Shown here: in pieces, positions 47,944 to 64,000 of the stretch
How positions within the stretch are numbered: the first letter of the stretch is position 1
How the letters are laid out: each line of letters begins with the position of its first letter
Assembly (NCBI RefSeq): GCF_009914755.1
Contig: NC_060929.1
DNA length: 64,000 nucleotides
Strand: one strand, 5' to 3'
DNA from: the human T2T-CHM13v2.0 reference genome, Homo sapiens
The notes under the pieces: model-generated
Database searches by the model: none
Seen by the model: only the letters and a program-made list of their open reading frames with translations
What the model was told of the DNA's origin: nothing
Position numbers and translations under genes: made by a program

Positions 47944-50247
47944 TGTATTAGTCCGTTTTCATGCTGCTGATAAAGACATCCCCAAGACTGGACAATTTAC
48001 AAAAGAAAGAGGATTAATTGGACTACAGTTACACATGGCTGGCGAAGCCTCACAATCATGGTGGAAGGCAAGGAGGAGCAAGTCCCATCTTACATGGATG
48101 GCAGCAGGCAAAGAGAGAATGAGGAAGATGCAAAAGGAGAAACCCCTGACAAAACCATCAGATCTCATGAGACTTATTCACTACCACGAGAACAGTATGG
48201 AGGAAACTGCCCCCATGATTCAATTATCTGCCACCGGGTCCCTCACATGACACATGAGAATTATGGGAGTACAGTTCCAGATGAGATCTGGTGGGGACAC
48301 AGAGCCAAACCATATCATTCCACCCCTGGCCCCTCCCAAATCTCATGTCCTCCCATTTCAAAACCAATCATGCCTTCCCAACAGTCCCCCAAAGTCTTAA
48401 CTTGTTTCAGCATTAACTCAAAAGTCCACATTCCAAAGTCTCATCTGAGACAAGGCAAGTCCCTTATGCCTATGAGCCTGTAAAATCAAAAGCAAGCTAG
48501 TTATTTCCTAAATACAAGGGGGATACAGACATTGGGTAAATCCGACCATTCCAAATGGGAGAAATTGGCCAAAACAAAGTGGCTACAGGGCCCATGCAAG
48601 TCCAAAATCCAGTGGGGCAGTCAAATCTTAAAGCTCCAGAAATGATCTCAAACTCCATGTCTCACATCCAGGTCACGCTGATGCAAGAGGTGGGTTCCCA
48701 TGGTCTTGGGCAGCTCTGCCCCTGTGGCTTTGCAGGGTACAACCTCCCTCCTGGCTGCTTTCATGGGCTGGCATTGAGTGTCTGTGGCTTTTCCAGGTGC
48801 ATGGTGCAAGCTGTCGTGGGTCTATCATTCTGGGGTCTGGAGGATAGTGGCCCTCTTCTCACAGCTCCACTAGGGGGTGTCCTAGTAGGGACTCCGTATA
48901 GGGGTTCTGGCCCCACATTTCCCTTCCATCCTGCCCTAGCAGAGGTTCTCCGTGAGTATCCCACCCCTGCAGCAAACTCTTGCCTGGGCATCCAGGCATT
49001 TCCACACATCTTCTGAAATATAGGCAGAGGTTCCCAAACCCCAATTCTCAACTTCTGTGCACTGGCAGGCTCAACACCACGTGGAAGCTGCCAAGGCTTG
49101 GGGCTTACACCCTCTGAAACCATGGCCCAAGCTCTACATTGGCCCCTTTTGGCCATGGCTGGAGTGGCTGGGACACAGGGCACCAAATCCCTAGGCTGTA
49201 CACAGCACAGGGACCCTAGGCCTGGCCCCTGAAACCACTTTTTGCTCCTAGGCCTCCAGTCCTGTTATAGGAGGGGCTGCCATGAAGACCTCTGACACGC
49301 CCTGGAGACATTTTTCCCATTGTCTTGAGAATCAACATTTGGCTCCTGATTACTTATGCAAATTTCCACAGCCTGCTTGAATTTCTACTCAGAAAATGGA
49401 ATTTTCTTTTCTATCACATTGTCAGGCTGCAAATTATTCAAACTTTTATGCTCTGCTTCCCTTATAAAACTGAATGCCTTTAACAGAACCCAAATAACCT
49501 CTTGAATGCTTTGCTGCTTAGAAATTTCCTCTGCCAGATACCCTAAATCATCTCTCTCAAATTCAAAGTTCCACAAATCTCTAGGGCAGGGGCAAAATGT
49601 CACCAATCTCTTTGTTAAAACATAGCAAGAGTCACCTTTGCTCCAGTTCCCAACAAGTGCCTCATCTCCATCCAAGACCACCTCAGCCTGGATTTCATTG
49701 TCCATATTGCTATCAGCATTTTGGGTAAAGCCATTCAACAAATCTCTAGGAGGTTCCAAACTTTCCCACATTTTCCTGTCTTCTTCTGAGCCCTCCAAAC
49801 TGTTCCAACCTCTGCCTATTACCCAGTTCCAAAGTGGCTTCCACATTTTCAGGTATCTTTTCATCAGTGCCCCACTCTACTGGGCCAATTTACTGTATTA
49901 CTCTGTTTTCATGCTGCTGATAAAGACATACCCAAGACTGGGTAATTTACCAAAGAAAGAGGTTTATTTGGACTTACAGTTTCACTTGGCTGGGGAGGCC
50001 TCACAGTCATGGTGGAAGGCAAGGAGGAGCCAGTCACGTTTTACATGAATGGCAGCAGGCAAAACGAGAGCTTGCACAGGGAAATTTCCCCTTATATTAC
50101 CATCAGATCTTGTGAGCCCTATTCACTATCATGAGAACAGCATAGGAAAGACCTGCCCCATGATTCAATTACCTCCCACTGGGTCCCTGCCACAACACAT
50201 GGGAATTCAAGATGAGATTTGGGTGGGGACACAGCCAAACCATATCA
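47944..50247 (-). mobile_element. complete THE1 (THE1B-like) MaLR provirus: LTR 47944-48317, internal region, LTR 49894-50247
   Basis: two LTRs TGTATTA..TTTTCATGCTGCTGATAAAGACAT..CCAAACCATATCA around a ~1.6-kb internal region; 5-bp TSD AGGAG/AGGGG. Confidence 0.96.
49385..49864 (-). pseudogene. THE1 internal ORF remnant
   Basis: GRGWNSLEGSEEDRKMWESLE..GNWSKGDSCY..LAEEISKQQSIQ is the typical MaLR internal ORF translation. Confidence 0.75.
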
Positions 50248-50817
50248 AGGGGAAAGGACTCAAATAACGTCTGATAAGATAAACTCCAGAAAGAGAAGGT
50301 CACACCCAAGGGACAAAATGTTGATAGAGGTCTCATACCTGACAGATCAAAGCACTGGCTAGTGGGGAGTCAAAAGGGAGTCCAAGGAAGTAGCTTGGAT
50401 AAGGAAGTGTGCAGGACGAGAGTGGCTGCCTTGGGCAGCTGAGATGCTGAGAGAGGAGCAGCTGAAGAACAAGTGTCCTTTGGAAGATGGATGGTAAAGG
50501 GAAGGAAGGACATGGCCAAAGATCAGGGTTCCATTAAAATAACACAGTGTCAGAGAATCATGAGAAGGCAGACCAAAAAGAAAGGGGCTGAGCCAAGATG
50601 GCCGAATAGGGACAGTTCCGGTCTACGGCTCCCAGCATGAGCGACGCAGAAGACGGGTGATTTCTGCATTTCCATCTGAGGTACCGGGTTCATCTCACCA
50701 GGGAGTGCAAGACAGTGGGCGCAGGCCAGTGGGTGCGCACACCGTGCGCGAGCCAAAGCAGGGCGAGGCATTGCCTCACCTGGGAAGCGCAAGGGGTCAG
50801 GGAGTTCCCTTTCCGAG

Positions 50818-51033
50818 TCAAAGAAAGGGGTGACAGACGCACCTGGAAAATCGGGTCACTCCCACCCGAATATTGCGCTTTTCAGACTGGCTTAAAAAAC
50901 GGCGCACCACGAGACTATATCCCACACCTGGCTCGGAGGGTCCTACACCCACGGAATCTCGCTGATTGCTAGCACAGCAGTCTGAGATCAAACTGCAAGG
51001 CGGCAGCGAGGCTGGGGGAGAGGCGCCCGCCAT
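50818..51033 (-). CDS. L1 ORF0 (71 aa), intact
   Basis: MAGASPPASLPPCSLISDCCASNQRDSVGVGPSEPGVGYSLVVRRFLSQSEKRNIRVGVTRFSRCVCHPFL; ATG at 51033-51031; expression unknown. Confidence 0.7.
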   Translation of the reverse strand: MAGASPPASLPPCSLISDCCASNQRDSVGVGPSEPGVGYSLVVRRFLSQSEKRNIRVGVTRFSRCVCHPFL

Positions 51034-51482
51034 TGCCCAGGCTTGCTTAGGTAAACAAAGCAGCCGGGAAGCTCGAACTGGGTGGAGCCCACCACAGCTC
51101 AAGGAGGCCTGCCTGCCTCTGTAGGCTCCACCTCTGGGGGCAGGGCACAGACATACAAAAAGACAGCAGTAACCTCTGCAGACTTAAATGTCCCTGTCTG
51201 ACAGCCTTGAAGAGAGCAGTGGTTCTCCCAGCACGCAGCTGGAGATCTGAGAACGGGTAGACTGCCTCCACAAGTGGGTCCCTGACCCCTGACCCCCGAG
51301 CAGCCTAACTGGGAGGCACCCCCCAGCAGGGGCACACTGACACCTCACACGGTAGGGTATTCCAACAGACCTGCAGCTGAGGGTCCTGTCTGTTAGAAGG
51401 AAAACTCACAAACAGAAAGGACACCGAAAACCCATCTGTACATCACCATCATCAAAGACCAAAAGTAGATAAAACCACAAAG

Positions 51483-52499
51483 GTGGGGAAAAAACAGAAC
51501 AGAAAAACTGGGAACTCTAAAACGCAGAGCGCCTCTCCTCCTCCAAAGGAACGCAGTTCCTCACCAGCAATGGAACAAAGCTGGATGGAGAATGATTTTG
51601 ACGAGCTGAGAGAAGAAGGCTTCAGACGATCAAATTACTCTGAGCTACGGAAGGACATTCAAACCAAAGGCAAACAAGTTGAAAACTTTGAAAAAAATTT
51701 AGAAGAATGTATAACTAGAATAACCAATACAGAGAAGTGCTTAAAGGAGCTGATGGAGCTGAAAACCAAGGCTCGAGAACTACGTGAAGAATGCAGAAGC
51801 CTCAGGAGCCGATGCGATCAACTGGAAGAAAGGGTATCAGCAATGGAAGATGAAATGAATGAAATGAAGCAAGAAGGGACGTTTAGAGAAAAAAGAATAA
51901 AAAGAAATGAGCAAAGCCTCCAAGAAATATGGGACTATGTGAAAAGACCAAATCTACGTCTGATTGGTGTACCTGAAAGTGATGCGGAGAATGGAACCAA
52001 GTTGGCAAACACTCTGCAGGATATTATCCAGGAGAACTTCCCCAATCTAGCAAGGCAGGCCAACGTTCAGATTCAGGAAATACAGAGAACGCCACAAAGA
52101 TACTCCTCGAGAAGAGCAACTCCAAGACACATAATTGTCAGATTCACCAAAGTTGAAATGAAGGAAAAAATGTTAAGGGCAGCCAGAGAGAAAGGTCGGG
52201 TTACCCTCAAAGGGAAGCCCATCAGACTAACAGCGGATCTCTTGGCAGAAACCCTACAAGCCAGAGGAGAGTGGGGGCCAATATTCAACATTCTTAAAGA
52301 AAAGAATTTTCAACCCAGAATTTCATATCCAGCCAAACTAAGCTTCATAAGTGAAGGAGAAATAAAATACTTTACAGACAAGCAAATGCTGACCGATTTT
52401 GTCACCACCAGGCCTGCCCTAAAAGAGCTCCTGAAGGAAGCACTAAACATGGAAAGGAACAACCGGTACCAGCCGCTGCAAAATCATGCCAAAATGTAA
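51483..52499 (+). CDS. L1 ORF1p, full 338-codon frame but start codon mutated to GTG
   Basis: (M)GKKQNRKTGNSK..YPAKLSF..NHAKM uninterrupted; sequence reads AAAGGTGGGGAAA where the consensus has AAAGATGGGGAAA. Confidence 0.85.
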   Translation: MGKKQNRKTGNSKTQSASPPPKERSSSPAMEQSWMENDFDELREEGFRRSNYSELRKDIQTKGKQVENFEKNLEECITRITNTEKCLKELMELKTKARELREECRSLRSRCDQLEERVSAMEDEMNEMKQEGTFREKRIKRNEQSLQEIWDYVKRPNLRLIGVPESDAENGTKLANTLQDIIQENFPNLARQANVQIQEIQRTPQRYSSRRATPRHIIVRFTKVEMKEKMLRAAREKGRVTLKGKPIRLTADLLAETLQARGEWGPIFNILKEKNFQPRISYPAKLSFISEGEIKYFTDKQMLTDFVTTRPALKELLKEALNMERNNRYQPLQNHAKM

Positions 52500-52535
52500 A
52501 GACCATCGAGACTAGGAAGAAACTGCATCAACTAA

Positions 52536-56389
<3,854 letters not shown>

Positions 56390-57268
56390 ACAATGAGATC
56401 ACATGGACACAGGAAGGGGAATATCACACCCTGGGGACTGTGGTGGGGAGGGGGAGGGGGGAGGGATAGCATTGGGAGATATACCTAATGCTAGATGACG
56501 AGTTAGTGGGTGCAGCGTACCAGCATGGCACATGTATACATATGTAACTAACCTGCACAATGTGCACATGTACCCTAAAACTTAAAGTATAATTTAAAAA
56601 AAAAAAAAAAAGAAAGGGGCTACATTTAGCAAAGAAACTGCACTTCACTATAGCAATACACAGCGCTCTTGAAGCACCTGAAGTAAATGAAAGTGTCCAA
56701 ATCCCACTCCTACGGATTGCCTGCTATCTTAGATCCAGGAAACGCCAACATACATAAACGTGAACAAAACCAAAAAGAACTCAGCATCTATGCAAAGTTA
56801 CCATACGAGTTAAAAAAAATAGAAAATGAGAATTCAAAAATTTGGCAAATGAAAACATTCTCCTACTATGGAAAAACAGTCATAAGGCAGAAGAAAACCA
56901 TTACAGGATATTTCAACATGAATTAAATATAATGAAATCATCAACTGCCAATATTAAAGAAACAACAACCATGATTCAGAAATTGTAAAACTCAGACATC
57001 ACACTTTTTAAAGGAAGGGAACTGGGAAAAAAAGGACAAAATCTTAGAAATGACAAAACATTATACATGACATTCTCTATGTGAAAGCGTGTAGAGAATA
57101 GAAATTAAAAGAGAAAGGATAATTAATTCAAAATAAAGAAAAAATAAAGAGGCAAAGAGGATACGAGAGAAATTGACAGAAACCAAATTTATGTAAAGAA
57201 GATTCAATAATACCTATAACTAGGAGTTCCTGAAGAAGAAAAACAAAACAGTAGAATATAATATTTAA

Positions 57269-57581
<313 letters not shown>

Positions 57582-58612
57582 TAAAACTGTAATTTTTAAA
57601 AACTCTGAAATAAAAGAAGATCTGAATATACAAAGTGAAATAACTCACTTTTATCTGAGAAAACTGACACAGTAGGGTCACCTTTGTGACACATCTGGAA
57701 AAATTCTTAGATTTTAAATCATAACTATAATAATAGTGATAATAAAAAATCTTCTGGGTGCCCAGACAAAAAACACAAAGTCACTTGCAAAGGAATAAAA
57801 TCAGGCTGATATTAGACTTATCAACAGTAACATAGAAAACAAGCAAAGATTAGGGTAACATTTTCAAGAAACTCAAAGCAAGAAAGTGTGGGACAAGGGT
57901 TTTATTTTAACCGGTTGAGCTGGTGTTCAATTATCAAGGTTGTAGAAAATGTTTTAATAAACATGCAAGAATTCAAAGAATCCTGAGAAATCTATTCAAG
58001 GATGAATTCCTCCAACTAAGAGATAATTGTGAACACTTTAGAAGTGGATGGGTGGTCAGTATTGAATATATTATTGAAGATCTAAAACTAAAACAAAATT
58101 GTGGATAAAGAGAGAACAGTATTACATATTACATGCTCTGATACAGTAGGAATAACACTACTTAAATCACAAAACTGGAAGAGAATGAAAAGTTACATAA
58201 GTTGCTTGATTTCCTTATGGGTAATAAGTGGAAGCTGAAGATGTCATTTAAATGTGACAAACCAAATAGTGGAACCTAAGTAAGAAAAAAGGGACTAAGG
58301 AATTATATAAAGATATTTGTATAATGATAAACAGTAGGATAAAATATAAATTTTTCTAAATATTAAAGAACTACTAAATAAAAGGTCAAAGATAAAAAGT
58401 AAATGTAACAAAACAATGAAAAAACTAAGAATAGAAATAAAAATATTTATAAATATGTATAAATTCATCTACTAAAACATTACAGACTGGATCATAAAGA
58501 AAAACCTAACACTATACTTAACAACTACAGAATACGCATTCTTTTCAATTACACCTGATGTGGACAACAAGAAAGACCATCTACTAGGCCAAGTCTCAAA
58601 TTTAAAACAATT

Positions 58613-58941
<329 letters not shown>

Positions 58942-59115
58942 TCAATTATTTGTGGTCCTCAAAACCAAAACTGAAATAAACTAGAAATCAATAATTTAAC
59001 TAGGGAAAAACCCAAAATTTGGAAACTTAACAATGCACTTCTAAATACATGGTTCAAAGAAAAAAATCACCATTTGCACCATTCCCCATAGAATACATTC
59101 TTTCAAATGAAAGAA

Positions 59116-59220
59116 CTCAAACATAAATAATTACATTCAAACATAAATAATATTAATATTCTAACATTCAAACATAAATACATTCAACATATTACATTCA
59201 AACAAAAATAATATTAATAA
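59116..59220. repeat. degenerate AT-rich tandem repeat, about 5 copies of CATTCAAACATAAATA
   Basis: copies start near 59116, 59134, 59165, 59181 and 59195. Confidence 0.8.
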
Positions 59221-59443
59221 TATACAGAATTCTTGTTAAATCCTTTCTGCTCAAGATGCTGTAGACGTTAGTTTATTGTCTACTGGTGAGTATTATTATA
59301 GCAAAGTGAACCAGGTAAAGGCAAACAAAAACAAGACAGGATTGCAATTTTGGTATTTGACAAGGTGGAGTTTATGCCAACATTGTTGGTAAGTATCATG
59401 ATCGAAAGATGAAATAAATACATTCTTTCATTTTTAACAATAA

Positions 59444-59754
<311 letters not shown>

Positions 59755-60518
59755 TATATTACTATTTATGTTTGATGGTAATAGAAATATATTCTTTCAT
59801 ATGAAAAATTTGGAAGAACTCACCATTTATGTACCTCTACTGAAAAATTACTTTAAAATATTAATCAACTAATCAAAAGATTAATCAAACTTAAGAACTA
59901 AGGAAAGTTATAAATAAAAATGTTGGTAACATTAAACATAATTAAATATATATATATAAAATTTCACAACATGTGATTACAAAGTAGAATGAAGAAGAAA
60001 CTTGCTTTGGAAGAAGAGTTATAAGATTTAAAGTATTCAATTGCAAAAAGCTGGGTCTGTACTGATAGATTGAATTTAAAACACTTGAAAGTGAGAAATA
60101 GGCAAGAAAATACTGGTAAAGAAAGTAAAGGCACAATAAATTTTTCTTTGGATACTTCTGCTTCCAGCCAAATTAGATTTACTTAACCCTCTTGCCTAAA
60201 ACAACCCAAAGAAAAATGGACAGAATATTTAAAACAGTATTCAAAACACTGGATATCAGGCAAAGAACAATGATTATTCCAAGATGAAAAACAAAGCAGG
60301 TGAGTTTTTAATCATTGCCCAGTTTACTGCCTTGAGAGAATTTCTAAGCCCTGGTGCAGGGAAGGGCAACTGAAATGTAGTCCAATGAATTCCTTGAGTT
60401 GAGCAGACAGAGCTGAGTCCAGAGACCAAGGGAGCTTGAGCTCTTAGGACAGAGGACCAGAGAAGAGAAAGCTGCACAGAATGAGAATCCTGGAAATCTG
60501 CAGAGGATCCCCTTAGAG

Positions 60519-60853
60519 CAGAGGTCCCCCAACAAAGACTGTGGACCGGTACCCATCTGTGGCCTATTAGGAACTGGACCTCACAGCAGGAGGTGAGCGG
60601 TGGGCTAGCAAGCTTTACTGCCTGAGTTCTGCCTTCTGTCAGATTAGTGGCAGCACTAAATCCTCATAGGAGTGCGAATCCTACTGTGAACTGCGCATGC
60701 GAGGGATCTACGGTGTATGCTTCTTATGAGAATCTAACTAATGCCTTATGATCTGAGTTTCATCCTGAAACTATCCCCCGACCAACCCTGGTCGGTGGAA
60801 AAATTGTCTCTCACAAAACCAGTCCCTGGTGCCAGAGAGTTTGGGGACCATTG
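60519..60853 (+). mobile_element. MER1B (hAT-Charlie MITE)
   Basis: CAGAGGTCCCCCAAC..ACAGCAGGAGGTGAGCGG..GTGAACTGCGCATGCGAGGGATCT..CCAGTCCCTGGTGCC..TTGGGGACCATTG; 8-bp TSD CCTTAGAG/TCTTAGAA. Confidence 0.92.
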
Positions 60854-61137
60854 TCTTAGAAAAAGATGCCTGTGAGTGAACTACTCACAACACGGGAAAG
60901 AACTACCTGTAAGGATTAAGGGGAAGACTGCTCAGCATTCACACAGAGTTGGGAACAGTACCCGTTCCCATCAGCCAGCCTTGAAAAACTCACAGGCTGC
61001 TGTGAGAAGGTTTGACTAGAGAGGATTTGACTCAGCAGTGGAGTATAATTAGCTGTAGACTGAGCACTGCTCTGCAGTTGCCTAATAAATCCTAAAAGCA
61101 ATGCTCAAAACGATCAAACTGTTTCCAAATAACTTAA

Positions 61138-61480
<343 letters not shown>

Positions 61481-61959
61481 AGAAGCTTTACAAGAATACA
61501 AAAATATCCAGCACTCAACAGGGTAAAATGTACAATGCTTGGCATTGAATCAAAGACCAAAAGGGATAGAAATATGACCGGTATAATGAGGAGAATAATC
61601 AATCACAACCAACTGAGAAGTGATATAGATGTTGGAATTAGCAGGGGACATTAAAATATTTATTATAACTGTATTCTATATGTTCAGGAAGTTAAGTAGT
61701 TACAGGGAGGATATTAAAAAGACCCAAGTGGAGCTTCAAGAAGTGAAAGCTACAATGTGTGAGATGAAAAATACATTGCATGAAATTGATGAAAGATCAG
61801 ACATTGAGAAAAAAATCAAAAACCTTAAAGGCTTAGAAATAGAAACTGCCCAAAATGAAATAAAGAGAAAACAGAATTTTTTTTAAATAAAAAGAGCATT
61901 AGTAAACTGGGGGACAACTTTAAGTGTCCAAGTGAAAAGCATGAATATGTACATTGTTG

Positions 61960-62310
61960 CCAGATTAATTTACAGGCTTAATCTCACTCAGTATAATTTT
62001 TGAGAAGCTTTTCTTTTAATTTAACAAAATAATTCTAGAGTTCACCAAGAAAAATTAAAAAGTGAGAGTTGTCAAGAAAATTTTATAAAGACAATATAAT
62101 GAAGGACAGGCCGATAACCATTTCTACCAGATATTTAAATATACTCGAAAAAGACAATGATTAATAGTCAGATGCCAGCATGAGAACAGATAAGTCAGTG
62201 GGCTAAAACAGGGGGCCCCAAGACAGAGCACAGTACTCATAAGAACTTAAAACCTAAAATAGTGCCATAAGTCAGTGAAAAGAGAAATATTATTCAATAA
62301 TTAGTCTGAG
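61960..62310 (+). mobile_element. ancient L1M ORF2 fragment
   Basis: ACAAAATAATTCTAGAGTTCA..CAAGAAAATTTT..CTACCAGATATTTAAATATAC. Confidence 0.55.
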
Positions 62311-62645
62311 TTCTCTTGTTAGTATGTGGAATGAAGTATCATTTTATGTGTTTTTTTTTTTTTCTTGAAGTATCCATTTTAGATCAGAGGTTAACATTTA
62401 GCTCATGGACCATCATGCTTTATTTGGCTTCATGGCATCTGTAAAATTGAGGTGAAAAGATTTGTTTTTCCTTTAACTTTCTTCTTGAAATGATATTGAT
62501 AGTGGGGGAAAAGTCTTTATAATGACATACTAAGTTTTTAAGATATTTTAATATTCAGTTGTCACCACTGTCATGTTATGACATCTTAAAGTGTTTCCCA
62601 TTGATGATAAAAAAGAAATTCCTATCATTATGATCAGGAGATTGC

Positions 62646-62940
<295 letters not shown>

Positions 62941-63299
62941 TGCTTATGTTTTACATTGTTTAATTAAATATAAAATAATTAAAAAGAAACTTGCAAGGTT
63001 TTAATCCTTTGGTTTTCCTTTTTGTCAATCAACCTTATGAAATGTCTTCAAACAACCTATAGGCTGATTATTGAGCTGAAAAGCAGAAAAACTACACAGA
63101 ATTGGAAATTGCTTAGAGAAGTCATGTCCCCTAGAAATGGCAAACATAGTCTGTGGCTTGGAACAAAGAAAAACTGAAGCAGTCGAAGGAGCTGCTATTG
63201 TAAATAATGTCACCCACTCCAGAACTACTATTTCTTCTAACATTTTAATATTTTGAAGCAGTCCTAAGAGAAATTTGTAACTATACAGCTAATAAAACT

Positions 63300-64000
63300 T
63301 CTGATGCTCTCAGCACAGACAACTGTTTTTCATCCGTTACTGGCATTCCTATTTCACGAGCCTCTTCAAATTTTCAAAAACTACCATCATCTCGAAAGTG
63401 GTATTTCCATTTCTGGAAAAAAGTTTCAGACCTCTGGGCACAGATCGGGTGTCTCTGACATTTGGCTGTCCATTTGTTTTTGCTGCTTTGGAAAAGACAC
63501 AACAGACGTCAATGTGACTGGGCGATTTCTGTATCAGCAGGCAGGGGTGCCAAATGTTCTGCCACCGATTCCGAACTTGCCTAATGCTGTGAGAAGCACC
63601 AACTTCATTAGGCTCGAGGCTGAATTATTATTTCAGGAATTTTTCTCAAGCAATGGGAACAGAATGAGAGCGGTTTTTTGCTTTCTAAATAGAAATTTGC
63701 TGAATTTCCAGAAAACAAGTCTTGAAATGTATGATCAAACTTTGGGCAGAAATTTTACTTTTAAATAAAAAAAAAAAGAAAGCCCATTATCTCATGATTT
63801 AGCCTACTTGGACAATAATTTTGGCCATATCTTTTGGTTAAAGCCCCGCAGTCACCACTATGTACGGTACTGAAGAACGTGCCCCTGTTCCATAAGAGAT
63901 TGGCCGCTAGGAGAACGTGCTAACACCGAAGAAAGATCTGCAATTTGGAGCTAAGAGTGATTAGACTTTTCCCAATTTCTCTGCAGTCAGAAGCAAACAT
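63300..64000. promoter_or_regulatory. CpG-retaining unique segment, possible CpG-island shore or promoter-proximal DNA
   Basis: 16 CpGs counted by eye in about 700 bp of non-repeat DNA; GACGTCAA 63506-63513, two AACGTGC, inverted CCAAT (GATTGG 63898-63903). Confidence 0.35.

Noticed and set aside
63304-63790. Processed pseudogene call for the 154-aa ORF
   Set aside because: No flanking TSD and no recognisable parent gene; kept only as a low-interest finding.

Overview
Primate, almost certainly human, genomic DNA (it carries an Alu with all five AluYa5 diagnostics). No host protein-coding exon, rRNA, tRNA or CRISPR array can be supported. The window is dominated by interspersed repeats: about 15 Alus, MaLR LTRs (MLT1, MST, a full THE1 provirus), hAT MITEs (MER1B, MER5, MER20, MER33), L2/MIR remnants and a dense LINE-1 cluster from about 27 to 62 kb. 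That cluster includes two full-length L1PA elements in inverted, head-to-head orientation (31.8-38.0 kb minus, older, L1PA4-like; 50.6-56.6 kb plus, L1PA2-like), a 5'-inverted L1 made by twin priming, and a four-level nested insertion. The most unusual signal is that the two full-length L1s belong to different subfamilies yet share several non-consensus, non-CpG substitutions interleaved with diagnostic differences, which points to local gene conversion between the inverted pair. Also notable: a 30-bp minisatellite that appears to have grown out of an Alu target-site duplication, discordant LTRs in the THE1 provirus, two L1 ORF0 frames (one extended to 178 aa), and a few motif-dense unique segments that may be regulatory. 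I see no evidence of a new gene system. Subfamily names come from recalled consensus sequences and need RepeatMasker/Dfam confirmation.
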